DNA of 64,000 nucleotides. Source: Ferruginibacter sp. Lineage in GTDB: Bacteria > Bacteroidota > Bacteroidia > Chitinophagales > Chitinophagaceae. The translations under genes were made by a program, and so were the position numbers. Below the pieces are notes generated by a model, which had not been told where the DNA came from, made no database searches, and saw nothing but the letters and a program-made list of their open reading frames with translations. Positions 48,241 to 56,668 of the stretch are shown in pieces (within the stretch, counting starts at the first letter, position 1; each line of letters opens with the position of its first letter). The stretch covers positions 733 to 64,732 of the forward strand of contig JANYGZ010000095.1 in the NCBI GenBank assembly GCA_025362235.1, written 5' to 3'.

Positions 48241-49806
48241 TTAAGAAAGCATAGGACTTGCAACAACTTTTACCGTATGCTTTATCCGGTTTGCCTGGTG
48301 TATCAATTCCTGTTTTTCTTTACTTAGAATGGTAATATGACCCATCTTCCTACCAGGCCTTGTTTCTTTTTTGCCATAAATATGGACAAAAACATTTTCA
48401 ATTTGTAAAATTTCATTCAGGCCTTCGTACTGCACAGTACCGGAAAATCCATCGGCGCCCACTAAATTCACGATTGCTGCAGGCAATATATGTTCAGTAC
48501 TCCCCAATGGATAACCCAGCATAATTCTCCATAACATATCAAACTGCGAAGAGAAATTTGCTTCAATAGTATGATGCCCGCTGTTATGTACCCTTGGAGC
48601 AGTTTCATTTACAAAAACATTATCCTCCATATCTACAAAAAGTTCAACTGCAAAAATACCTGCACTGTTTAAATACTTTACCACTTTCATTGCAATGGCT
48701 TCCACTTTCCACAAAACTTTTTCGGGCAAATCAGCAGGGCTTATCTGGTATTCCAATAAATTTAATCTTTTATCAAACAGCATATCTACAGCAGGGTATA
48801 CAGCAGTTTCTCCTTTATCATTTACAGCCACAATCACTGAAATTTCTTTTTTAATTTTCACCATTTTTTCCAATACAGAAGGTGCATCAAATCCCTTTTC
48901 AAGATCTTCTTTTGTTTTAAGGATTTCAACGCCTCTTCCATCATAACCTCCCAGGCCTAATTTGTGTACTGCAGGCAAAAAATTTCCCTGTTTTTTTAGT
49001 GCAGCTAAATTCTCTGTTATAATAAAATCACTGGTCGGTATTTCATGATTTTTATAAAATTGCTTTTGTAAAATTTTATTTTTTATAATTTTTAAAGCCG
49101 CAGGATTTGGATAGATTTTTACTCCTTCATTTTGAAGCTTTTCAAGGGCATCAGTATTTACACTTTCTATTTCAATAGTTAGCGTATCAAGGCCTTTCCC
49201 AAAATTATATACGTCATCAAAATTGGCAATATCACCCTTAATAAAATGATTGCACAAATGTGCTGAAGGGCATTCGCTGTCATTTTCCATAACAAAAGTT
49301 TCCACGGGGTAATTGGCCCCTGCTTGTAATAACATCCTTCCAAGTTGCCCCCCGCCTAATATTCCTGCTTTTGGCTGCCCTGAGCGGAGTCGAAGGGGGG
49401 TATTTGTTGGTTGAGCGGAGTCGGGACCTTTTTCCAAGTTATAGTATTTATGGTGTGATAAATTATTGCATTGCGAAAGTAACCGAAGCTTATGAAAATT
49501 GCCCTGTATTAATGCTTCTTTCTTTGATCTGGACCAACCTTTAATTTGTACTTCTCTTTCTGTAGCATCTTTTAAAAACGGAATTGTTTCGTAATATTTT
49601 AATACCAGTGGCCTTCTTTTAAAAGTATAACATGTTTCATAAACACCATTTACATGTTCTTCAAATCTTCTTATCAGGTCATCCGTAAGACCGGTATAAA
49701 AGCTACCATCGTTGCATAAAATTATATACAAATAATAGGCTTCCTGACGGGTGTTATAAAGCATGGTGCAAAATAATTCTTTATTACCACTTTTAAACTC
49801 ACCCAT
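48241..49806 (-). CDS. purK: GIY-YIG nuclease::PurK (N5-CAIR synthetase) in-frame fusion
   Basis: GIY-YIG motifs YLYI..YTG..RR..H..E at 49737-49540; PurK from KAGILGGGQLGRM at 49371, 376 aa, NETAPRVHNSGH, RPGRKMGH; no stop or ATG between domains; start (49806, 49764 or TTG 49848) uncertain. Confidence 0.85.
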   Translation of the reverse strand: MGEFKSGNKELFCTMLYNTRQEAYYLYIILCNDGSFYTGLTDDLIRRFEEHVNGVYETCYTFKRRPLVLKYYETIPFLKDATEREVQIKGWSRSKKEALIQGNFHKLRLLSQCNNLSHHKYYNLEKGPDSAQPTNTPLRLRSGQPKAGILGGGQLGRMLLQAGANYPVETFVMENDSECPSAHLCNHFIKGDIANFDDVYNFGKGLDTLTIEIESVNTDALEKLQNEGVKIYPNPAALKIIKNKILQKQFYKNHEIPTSDFIITENLAALKKQGNFLPAVHKLGLGGYDGRGVEILKTKEDLEKGFDAPSVLEKMVKIKKEISVIVAVNDKGETAVYPAVDMLFDKRLNLLEYQISPADLPEKVLWKVEAIAMKVVKYLNSAGIFAVELFVDMEDNVFVNETAPRVHNSGHHTIEANFSSQFDMLWRIMLGYPLGSTEHILPAAIVNLVGADGFSGTVQYEGLNEILQIENVFVHIYGKKETRPGRKMGHITILSKEKQELIHQANRIKHTVKVVASPMLS

Positions 49807-49874
49807 TTTTCGACTCCTGCATCCTTCGGCTACGCTCAGGATTGGCAAAAATATCCTTCGACTTCGCTCAGGAC
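49378..49874. mobile_element. GIY-YIG cassette flanked by inverted hairpin repeats
   Basis: Left copies CCCTGAGCGGAGTCGAAGGG (49378-49397), GGTTGAGCGGAGTCGGGACC (49409-49428); right inverted copies ATCCTTCGGCTACGCTCAGGAT (49821-49842), ATCCTTCGACTTCGCTCAGGAC (49853-49874); partial TTTCGACTCC (49808-49817). Confidence 0.7.
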
Positions 49875-50039
49875 TATTTACCTTCGTTATAAGATATGCT
49901 TCCCGATTATCCTCATAAAAGATTTTTTGACAAGCGCAATTGCTATACTTTGCTTTTGCTTGCCCTTGCTATGGGTTCGTGATATTGTTGAATGATTTTT
50001 GATAAACAATAATACAATTACGAATTTAATAATTACAAA

Positions 50040-51173
50040 ATGGCAACTTTCACAAGTCAACCCAATGCATTAATTAATACCCCAAACGATTTCCTTCCTT
50101 TACTAGGCACTGATTATGTAGAATTTTATGTAGGTAATGCAAAACAAGCTGCACATTTTTATAAAACAGCTTTTGGATTTCAATCGCTGGCTTATGCCGG
50201 TCCTGAAACTGGTATGAAAGATAAAGTGAGTTATGTTATCAGGCAGAATAAATTAACTTTTGTACTAACAACCCCATTACGTAGTGATAACCCTATTGCA
50301 GATCATATTTACAGGCATGGTGATGGCGTAAAATTTTTAGCTTTAAAAGTTATTGACGCTACTGCCGCATGGAAAGAAACAACAGAACGTGGCGGTAAGA
50401 GCTATATGGAACCAACCATATTAAATGATAATAACGGTAAAGTAGTAATAAGCGGCATACATACTTACGGAGAAACCGTGCATTTGTTTATAGAAAAAGA
50501 AAATTACAATGGACTGTTTATGCCTGGCTTTATACAGTGGAAATCAGATTACAATCCTTCACCAACTGGCTTGTTATATGTAGATCATTGCGTGGGTAAT
50601 GTGGGTTGGAACCAGATGAACACATGGGTAAAATTTTATGAAGAAGTTATGGGGTTTAAAAATATCCTCACATTCGATGATAAAGACATATCTACAGAAT
50701 ATTCTGCCCTGATGAGTAAGGTAATGAGTAATGGAAATGGATTTGTAAAATTTCCTATTAACGAGCCGGCAGAAGGAAAAAAGAAAAGCCAGGTAGAAGA
50801 ATACCTTGATTTTTATAATGGAGAGGGGGTGCAACATGTTGCCATAGCTACAGCAGATATTGTAAAAACAGTTAAAGATTTAAAAAGCCGCGGAATTGAA
50901 TTTTTAAAAATCCCTTATAGTTATTACGAAAATATATTGGATAGGGTGGGTAAAATAGACGAAGACCTTGAACCATTAAGTGAATTGGGAATATTGATAG
51001 ATAGAGACGAAGAAGGATACCTGTTACAGATATTCAGTAAACCTTTACAAGACAGGCCCACATTGTTTTTTGAAATTATTCAACGGAAAGGAGCAAAGAG
51101 TTTTGGTAAAGGAAATTTTAAAGCCTTATTTGAAGCTTTAGAAAAGGAACAAGCGGCAAGAGGGAATTTATAA
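50040..51173 (+). CDS. hppD: 4-hydroxyphenylpyruvate dioxygenase
   Basis: DHCVGN, EGVQHVA, FFEIIQRKG..FGKGNFKALFE. Confidence 0.98.
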   Translation: MATFTSQPNALINTPNDFLPLLGTDYVEFYVGNAKQAAHFYKTAFGFQSLAYAGPETGMKDKVSYVIRQNKLTFVLTTPLRSDNPIADHIYRHGDGVKFLALKVIDATAAWKETTERGGKSYMEPTILNDNNGKVVISGIHTYGETVHLFIEKENYNGLFMPGFIQWKSDYNPSPTGLLYVDHCVGNVGWNQMNTWVKFYEEVMGFKNILTFDDKDISTEYSALMSKVMSNGNGFVKFPINEPAEGKKKSQVEEYLDFYNGEGVQHVAIATADIVKTVKDLKSRGIEFLKIPYSYYENILDRVGKIDEDLEPLSELGILIDRDEEGYLLQIFSKPLQDRPTLFFEIIQRKGAKSFGKGNFKALFEALEKEQAARGNL

Positions 51174-51473
51174 GCATTAATTTAATCACCTTCTTGTATA
51201 GTTTATCCACAAAATAATTTAGTGTTTAAATAGCAATATTTATTAATTTCTTTAAAAAGATTAATAAATAAAAACGCCCAAACCCTTTTCTGGTAAAAGT
51301 TTCATCTATGCCTTATTTTTAAAAATAGGTATTAACATTTATCAATTGCGGTATAGTAAAAAATAAATTAATAAGAGTTGGATAAAATAATATTATTTTT
51401 TTAATAATTTTTTATGGTTTGTTAAAAAAATAAATTTAACTTCGTTTTATCATTAATTAAACCAAGCTGCTAT

Positions 51474-54400
51474 ATGTTAAAAAAACTCTTCTCAGGATTA
51501 TGCGCATTAATATGCTGCCTGCTCCTATCTTCCCAAATTTATGCACAGCAAAAAACAGTTACAGGTATTGTTACCAACGGCAAAGACAATACCCCAATTC
51601 CTTTAGCAACGGTAGGTGTTAGAGGAACTAAAATTGCTGCTGTTACAGGTGCTAATGGAGAATTCTCCATTTCAGTTCCAGATGGTAAAAGCCAACTGGT
51701 TATTTCTTCCGTTGGATACGACGAAGAAGATATCAGTGTTTCTGGCGTATCTACCGTAAAAGTGTCTTTAACCGAAAGACCAAATTCTTTAAATGAAGTG
51801 GTTGTAACAGGTTACACTGCTCAAAAAAGAAAAGAAATTACCGGTGCCGTATCAGTAGTAAATGTAAAAGACCTGAAGACTATTCCTTCAGGAACTGTAC
51901 AGCAGATGCTACAAGGGCAGGCTGCTGGTGTTACAATAATTGGTTCTGGTCAGCCAGGCGAAGGCAGCAACGTATTTATCAGGGGTGTAACTTCTTTTGG
52001 TAACGTAGCGCCATTGGTTGTTGTTGATGGAGTTCAATCTGCTCCTGGAGATTTAGGTACTTTACAGGATTTAAATGCAGCAAATATCGAATCTGTTCAG
52101 ATATTAAAAGATGGACAAGCCGCTATTTATGGTGCCCGTGGATCTTCAGGTGTAATTCTTGTTACCACCAAAAGAGGCAGGGGCAGGTCTTCTGTTACTT
52201 ATGATGGTTATTATGGAACGCAAACTGTACCTTCAAGTGATCCATGGAGAAAGGCTAATTCACAACAAATGGCCGACCTGCTTTTCCTGGCAGCAAAAAA
52301 TTCTCAACAGGTAAGGCCAGATACAGCGGCTATTTGCCCTGGTTGTGTGGTTTCTCAACAGTATGGTACAGGGCTGACTCCTGTATTGCCTGATTATATC
52401 AAAGCAGGTAGTGCTTCTGGTGTATCTGCTTCAAATCCAGCGGTTGATTTAACTAAGTATAATGACAATTATGCAAAGGGTGATATTTACCTGATAGTAC
52501 CAGCCAATAAAACTGGTACAGACTGGTGGAGTGCAGTATTTAAAAATTCACCTATTCAAAGCCATACAGTTACAGCAAGTGGCGGTTCAGATAAATCTGC
52601 TTACCTTTTTGCTTTCAACTATTTCAATCAACAGGGAACACTCTTAAATACTTACCTGAAACGTTATTCAGCAAGGATCAATACTGTATTTAATGTAAAA
52701 AACAATTTCCGCATTGGCGAAAATGCGTATATTTTTTACAAAGATGGTAACAGAATCGGCAATAACCAGGAAGGTAATGAAGTAAATACCACGGCTTGGG
52801 AACAACCCATTATTCCTATTCGTAATGCAGGTGGTGGTTTTGGTGGAACGGCTGGTTCTGAATTAGGAAATTCTTCAAGCCCTTATGCACGTACGGTTAG
52901 AAATGCTGATAACAAAAATAATGACTGGAATATACAGGGAGATGTTTTCGCAGAGTTAGATTTCTTAAAGCATTTTACTGCAAAAACATTATTTGGTGGA
53001 AACCTAAACAACAATTATGGTTTCTACCATAATTATAGAAGTTATGAAAATGCAGAAAATTCTGCTTCTAATGGCTATGGCGAATATGCTTCTTATAATG
53101 CTAACTGGAACTTTACCAATACATTAAGTTATAACAATACATTTGCGAGTGACCATAATGTAAAAGCCTTGATAGGTTATGAGGCATTGCAATACAATGG
53201 AAGATATGTCAATGGTCAAAGGATTAATTATTTTTCTGATGATCCTAACTATCTTAGCCTTAATACTGGTGCCAATGGCGGGCAGTCTAATTCGAGCGGT
53301 CAAGCCGGAAACAACGGAGGTAAAGTACATGGTACTGCGCTTTTAGCAAAATTAGATTATGCGTATAAAGAAAAGTACCTTGTTGGTGGAAATTTCCGTC
53401 GGGATGGAAACTCAGTATTTGGGCCTCAATCAAAATATGGTAATTTTTGGTCTATTTCTGCAGGATGGATAGTAACCAGCGAAAGTTTTATGAAGAGCAC
53501 AACATGGCTTAACAGTCTTAAACTACGTGGTAGTTATGGCATACTGGGTTCTATTTCTAATGTACCGGCAGGTAATCAGTATACGTCTTATGGTACCAGT
53601 GGCGGTGGCTCTTATTATGATGTAAGTGGCACAGGTACCCCATCATCAGGCTTTTACGCTGCATCTTACGGTAACCTGAAAACATCTTGGGAACAGAATA
53701 AAGTTTTAGATTTTGGTGTTGATGCAACAGTTATAAAAAATACATTAGATATTTCTTTTGACTGGTATCAGAAAAAAATTAATGGGCTTTTATTTACAGA
53801 TCAGTCGCTAGGTACAGCAGGTGTTGGTGCAAGTTTGCCATTGGTTAATATTGGCGATATGCAGAATACCGGTATTGATTTTTCTGCAACCTATCACACA
53901 AAAATAAATAAGGATGTAAATTTATCAGTTGGTGCAAACTTTGGTGCTTATAAAAACTTAGTGGTAAATATTCCGGGAGCTGCAGGTTACTTTGAAACTG
54001 CAGGTACACACAATACAGGCAACCAGGTTAGAAACCAGGCTGGTCATCCGGTGGGTGCATTTTACGGCTATCATATTGTTGGCATCTATGCAGATGCTGC
54101 TGATGTGGCAAAATCGCCTACAGAAAAAGATGCTGCCCCTGGACGTTTTAAATACCAGGATACTAACGGGGATGGTAAAATTGATGAAACAGACAAAGTG
54201 TTTTACGGTAACCCAAATCCAGACTTTACATTGGGCATCAATATAAATGTCTCTTACAAGCAGTTTGATTTATCGATGGTAATGTATGGCGCTTTTGGCG
54301 GTAATGTTTTAAACTATACCCGTTATTTTCAGGATTTCTGGCCTCAGTTCCAGAATGCTAAAAGTGCAAAATTGTTAACTGAATCATGGATACCAGCAGA

Positions 54401-54752
54401 CAGAACTTTACCAAGGGATCAATGGACAGCGAAAAGTGCAGGTGCATATCCAATTGTAGAAAACGACTCTAAATTTAGTACCAATGGTGAATTAAATGAT
54501 TTTTATAACGAAAACGGCACTTATTTTAGATGTAAACAATTGTCTATTGGGTATACATTTGCCCCTGATTTGCTAAAGCATATCGGTATGGAAAGAGCAA
54601 GGGCTTATATTCAGGCTGCTAATCTTTTTACCATTACCAATTACTCTGGTCTTGATCCGGAAATTTCAGGTTCATCACAAAGTTTTGGTGTTGATTATGG
54701 TAATTATCCTTCATCAAAAACATTTCTTCTAGGAGTTAGCTTCACATTTTAA
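51474..54752 (+). CDS. SusC/RagA TonB-dependent transporter
   Basis: LNEVVVTGY, ILKD..AAIYGARGSSGVILVTTKRG, C-terminal LGVSFTF. Confidence 0.97.
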   Translation: MLKKLFSGLCALICCLLLSSQIYAQQKTVTGIVTNGKDNTPIPLATVGVRGTKIAAVTGANGEFSISVPDGKSQLVISSVGYDEEDISVSGVSTVKVSLTERPNSLNEVVVTGYTAQKRKEITGAVSVVNVKDLKTIPSGTVQQMLQGQAAGVTIIGSGQPGEGSNVFIRGVTSFGNVAPLVVVDGVQSAPGDLGTLQDLNAANIESVQILKDGQAAIYGARGSSGVILVTTKRGRGRSSVTYDGYYGTQTVPSSDPWRKANSQQMADLLFLAAKNSQQVRPDTAAICPGCVVSQQYGTGLTPVLPDYIKAGSASGVSASNPAVDLTKYNDNYAKGDIYLIVPANKTGTDWWSAVFKNSPIQSHTVTASGGSDKSAYLFAFNYFNQQGTLLNTYLKRYSARINTVFNVKNNFRIGENAYIFYKDGNRIGNNQEGNEVNTTAWEQPIIPIRNAGGGFGGTAGSELGNSSSPYARTVRNADNKNNDWNIQGDVFAELDFLKHFTAKTLFGGNLNNNYGFYHNYRSYENAENSASNGYGEYASYNANWNFTNTLSYNNTFASDHNVKALIGYEALQYNGRYVNGQRINYFSDDPNYLSLNTGANGGQSNSSGQAGNNGGKVHGTALLAKLDYAYKEKYLVGGNFRRDGNSVFGPQSKYGNFWSISAGWIVTSESFMKSTTWLNSLKLRGSYGILGSISNVPAGNQYTSYGTSGGGSYYDVSGTGTPSSGFYAASYGNLKTSWEQNKVLDFGVDATVIKNTLDISFDWYQKKINGLLFTDQSLGTAGVGASLPLVNIGDMQNTGIDFSATYHTKINKDVNLSVGANFGAYKNLVVNIPGAAGYFETAGTHNTGNQVRNQAGHPVGAFYGYHIVGIYADAADVAKSPTEKDAAPGRFKYQDTNGDGKIDETDKVFYGNPNPDFTLGININVSYKQFDLSMVMYGAFGGNVLNYTRYFQDFWPQFQNAKSAKLLTESWIPADRTLPRDQWTAKSAGAYPIVENDSKFSTNGELNDFYNENGTYFRCKQLSIGYTFAPDLLKHIGMERARAYIQAANLFTITNYSGLDPEISGSSQSFGVDYGNYPSSKTFLLGVSFTF

Positions 54753-54775
54753 TTTTAAAATAAAACAGTTGATAT

Positions 54776-56524
54776 ATGAAAAAATATAATTTTAAATACT
54801 TTTTACCAATTGCGGTTTCTTCGCTGGTATTATTAAATGCCTGTTCGAAGAATTATCTTGACGTTCCACAAGTAGCTTCGTTAAGCCCCCAATTGGTAGC
54901 CAACAAAATAGCTGTTGCCCAAGTTTTAGTGGGCGCCTATTCTCTGTTGGATGGCGAGGGTAGTCAAGCCGGTACCAACAATGGTCCCTGGGCTACTTCT
55001 TCCAGTAACTGGGTTTATGGAAGTGTGGCTGGTGGCGATGCGCACAAAGGATCTGATCCTGGTGATCAGAACCTGATTACCCCCATTGAGACATGGAATA
55101 CGTCTCCATCCAATAGTTATATTAACCAGTTATGGCAACAGCGTTATGATGGTGCACAACGTGCAAATGATGTACTGCGCCTGATGCGTCAGGCAAAAGA
55201 TATGACCCCTGCAGATACGCTTCAGGCTGCTGCAGAGGCTAGGTTTTTACGTGCCCATTATCATTTTGAGTTAGCAAGGGCTTTTGGTAAAGTTCCATGG
55301 GTTAGCGAAGACCAAACATATTCTGCCGGTAATTTCAATACGCCAAACATAGATGTGTTGCCAAATATTGCAGCAGATCTTGCATTTGCTTATGCAAATT
55401 TACCAGAAACACAAAGCCAGTATGGCCGTGTAAATAAATGGGCCGCTGGGGCTTACCTTGCCAAGGTATATATGTATCAGAAAAGATTCAGTGATGCACT
55501 ACCGTTGTTTACTACCATTATTGCCAATGGAAAAACAGCAAGAGGTGATAAATATGCTTTAAATGCAAAATTTGCTGATAATTTTAATCCTGCTTTAAAA
55601 AACAGCGTTGAAAGCGTATTTGCTGTTCAGATGTTTGTAAACGATGGAACAGGTGGAGCAAATGCTAACCAGGGGGATGCCTTAAACTTTCCTTATGGTG
55701 GTGGTGCTCAAACATCTTGCTGCGGATTTTTTCAACCCTCATTTAGTTTAGCTAATTCTTTTAAAGTAAATGCCAGTGGATTACCATTTCTGGATGGTAG
55801 CTATAATACCACTGATTTACAGAACGACCAAGGTAAAAGCTCTACTACCCCATATTTACCAGATGCGGTTACCCCGGTTGATCCTCGTATTGACTGGACA
55901 ATGGGCCGTCGTGGAATTCCTTTTCTTGACTGGGGTGTAATGCCTGGCCAGGATTGGATTCGTAACCAGGCAGCTGCCGGACCATATGTAACAATGAAGC
56001 ATTTATTTTATAAATCGCAGATCGGTGTTTATACAGATGCTTCTGCATGGTCAAATGGATTTACTGCTAATAACTATAATTTGATGCGCTTTGCAGATGT
56101 ATTGTTGTTGGCTGCAGAAGCTGAAGCTGAAGTTGGATCTTTGGCAACTGCAACTACGTATGTAAACATGATTCGTACACGTGCATCTAATCCACTAGGC
56201 TTTGTTAAATTATCTCCAGCCAATTATCAAATTGGAACATATCCAACTTTTGCAGATCAGGCTACTGCAAGAACAGCTATCCGTTTTGAACGCAAATTAG
56301 AGCTTGCTACAGAAGGGCATCGCTTTTTTGATATTACCCGTTGGGGTATTGGTGGTACTGAATTAACTGCTTATGCGGCTCGTGAATTAGCAAGTGGTTA
56401 TTTAACAATGGTGGGTGTTTCTTACAAAACAGGTAAGAGTGAATACTTGCCAATTCCACAGGCGCAGATAGATCTTAGCCAGGTTGGAGGTAAAGCTGTT
56501 TTAACACAGAACCCTGGTTATTAA
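54776..56524 (+). CDS. SusD/RagB lipoprotein
   Basis: Lipobox LLNAC, EARFLRAHYHF, RFADVLLLAAEA, ELATEGHRFFDITRWG, QNPGY. Confidence 0.97.
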   Translation: MKKYNFKYFLPIAVSSLVLLNACSKNYLDVPQVASLSPQLVANKIAVAQVLVGAYSLLDGEGSQAGTNNGPWATSSSNWVYGSVAGGDAHKGSDPGDQNLITPIETWNTSPSNSYINQLWQQRYDGAQRANDVLRLMRQAKDMTPADTLQAAAEARFLRAHYHFELARAFGKVPWVSEDQTYSAGNFNTPNIDVLPNIAADLAFAYANLPETQSQYGRVNKWAAGAYLAKVYMYQKRFSDALPLFTTIIANGKTARGDKYALNAKFADNFNPALKNSVESVFAVQMFVNDGTGGANANQGDALNFPYGGGAQTSCCGFFQPSFSLANSFKVNASGLPFLDGSYNTTDLQNDQGKSSTTPYLPDAVTPVDPRIDWTMGRRGIPFLDWGVMPGQDWIRNQAAAGPYVTMKHLFYKSQIGVYTDASAWSNGFTANNYNLMRFADVLLLAAEAEAEVGSLATATTYVNMIRTRASNPLGFVKLSPANYQIGTYPTFADQATARTAIRFERKLELATEGHRFFDITRWGIGGTELTAYAARELASGYLTMVGVSYKTGKSEYLPIPQAQIDLSQVGGKAVLTQNPGY

Positions 56525-56548
56525 TAAGTATAAGATTTTTTAAATTAT

Positions 56549-56586
56549 ATAAAAGGAGGCAGGTTTTATAACCTGCCTCCTTTTAT
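56549..56586. terminator. Strong terminator after susD
   Basis: ATAAAAGGAGGCAGGTT-TTAT-AACCTGCCTCCTTTTAT, 17-bp perfect stem. Confidence 0.88.
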
Positions 56587-56668
56587 TTTGAGTAATGTTG
56601 TATTCCAAATATTATTTCTCCTCTATTTTTACTTAATTTGCCTTTTTAAAATTTTTAAATTTGTTGTG

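Noticed and set aside
49800-49822. T4 gene 60-like ribosomal bypass from the uORF ATG CAG...TGA to the second CAG
   Set aside because: A 442-nt gap is far longer than known hops and the stop is not adjacent to the take-off codon; the in-frame fusion explains PurK synthesis more simply.
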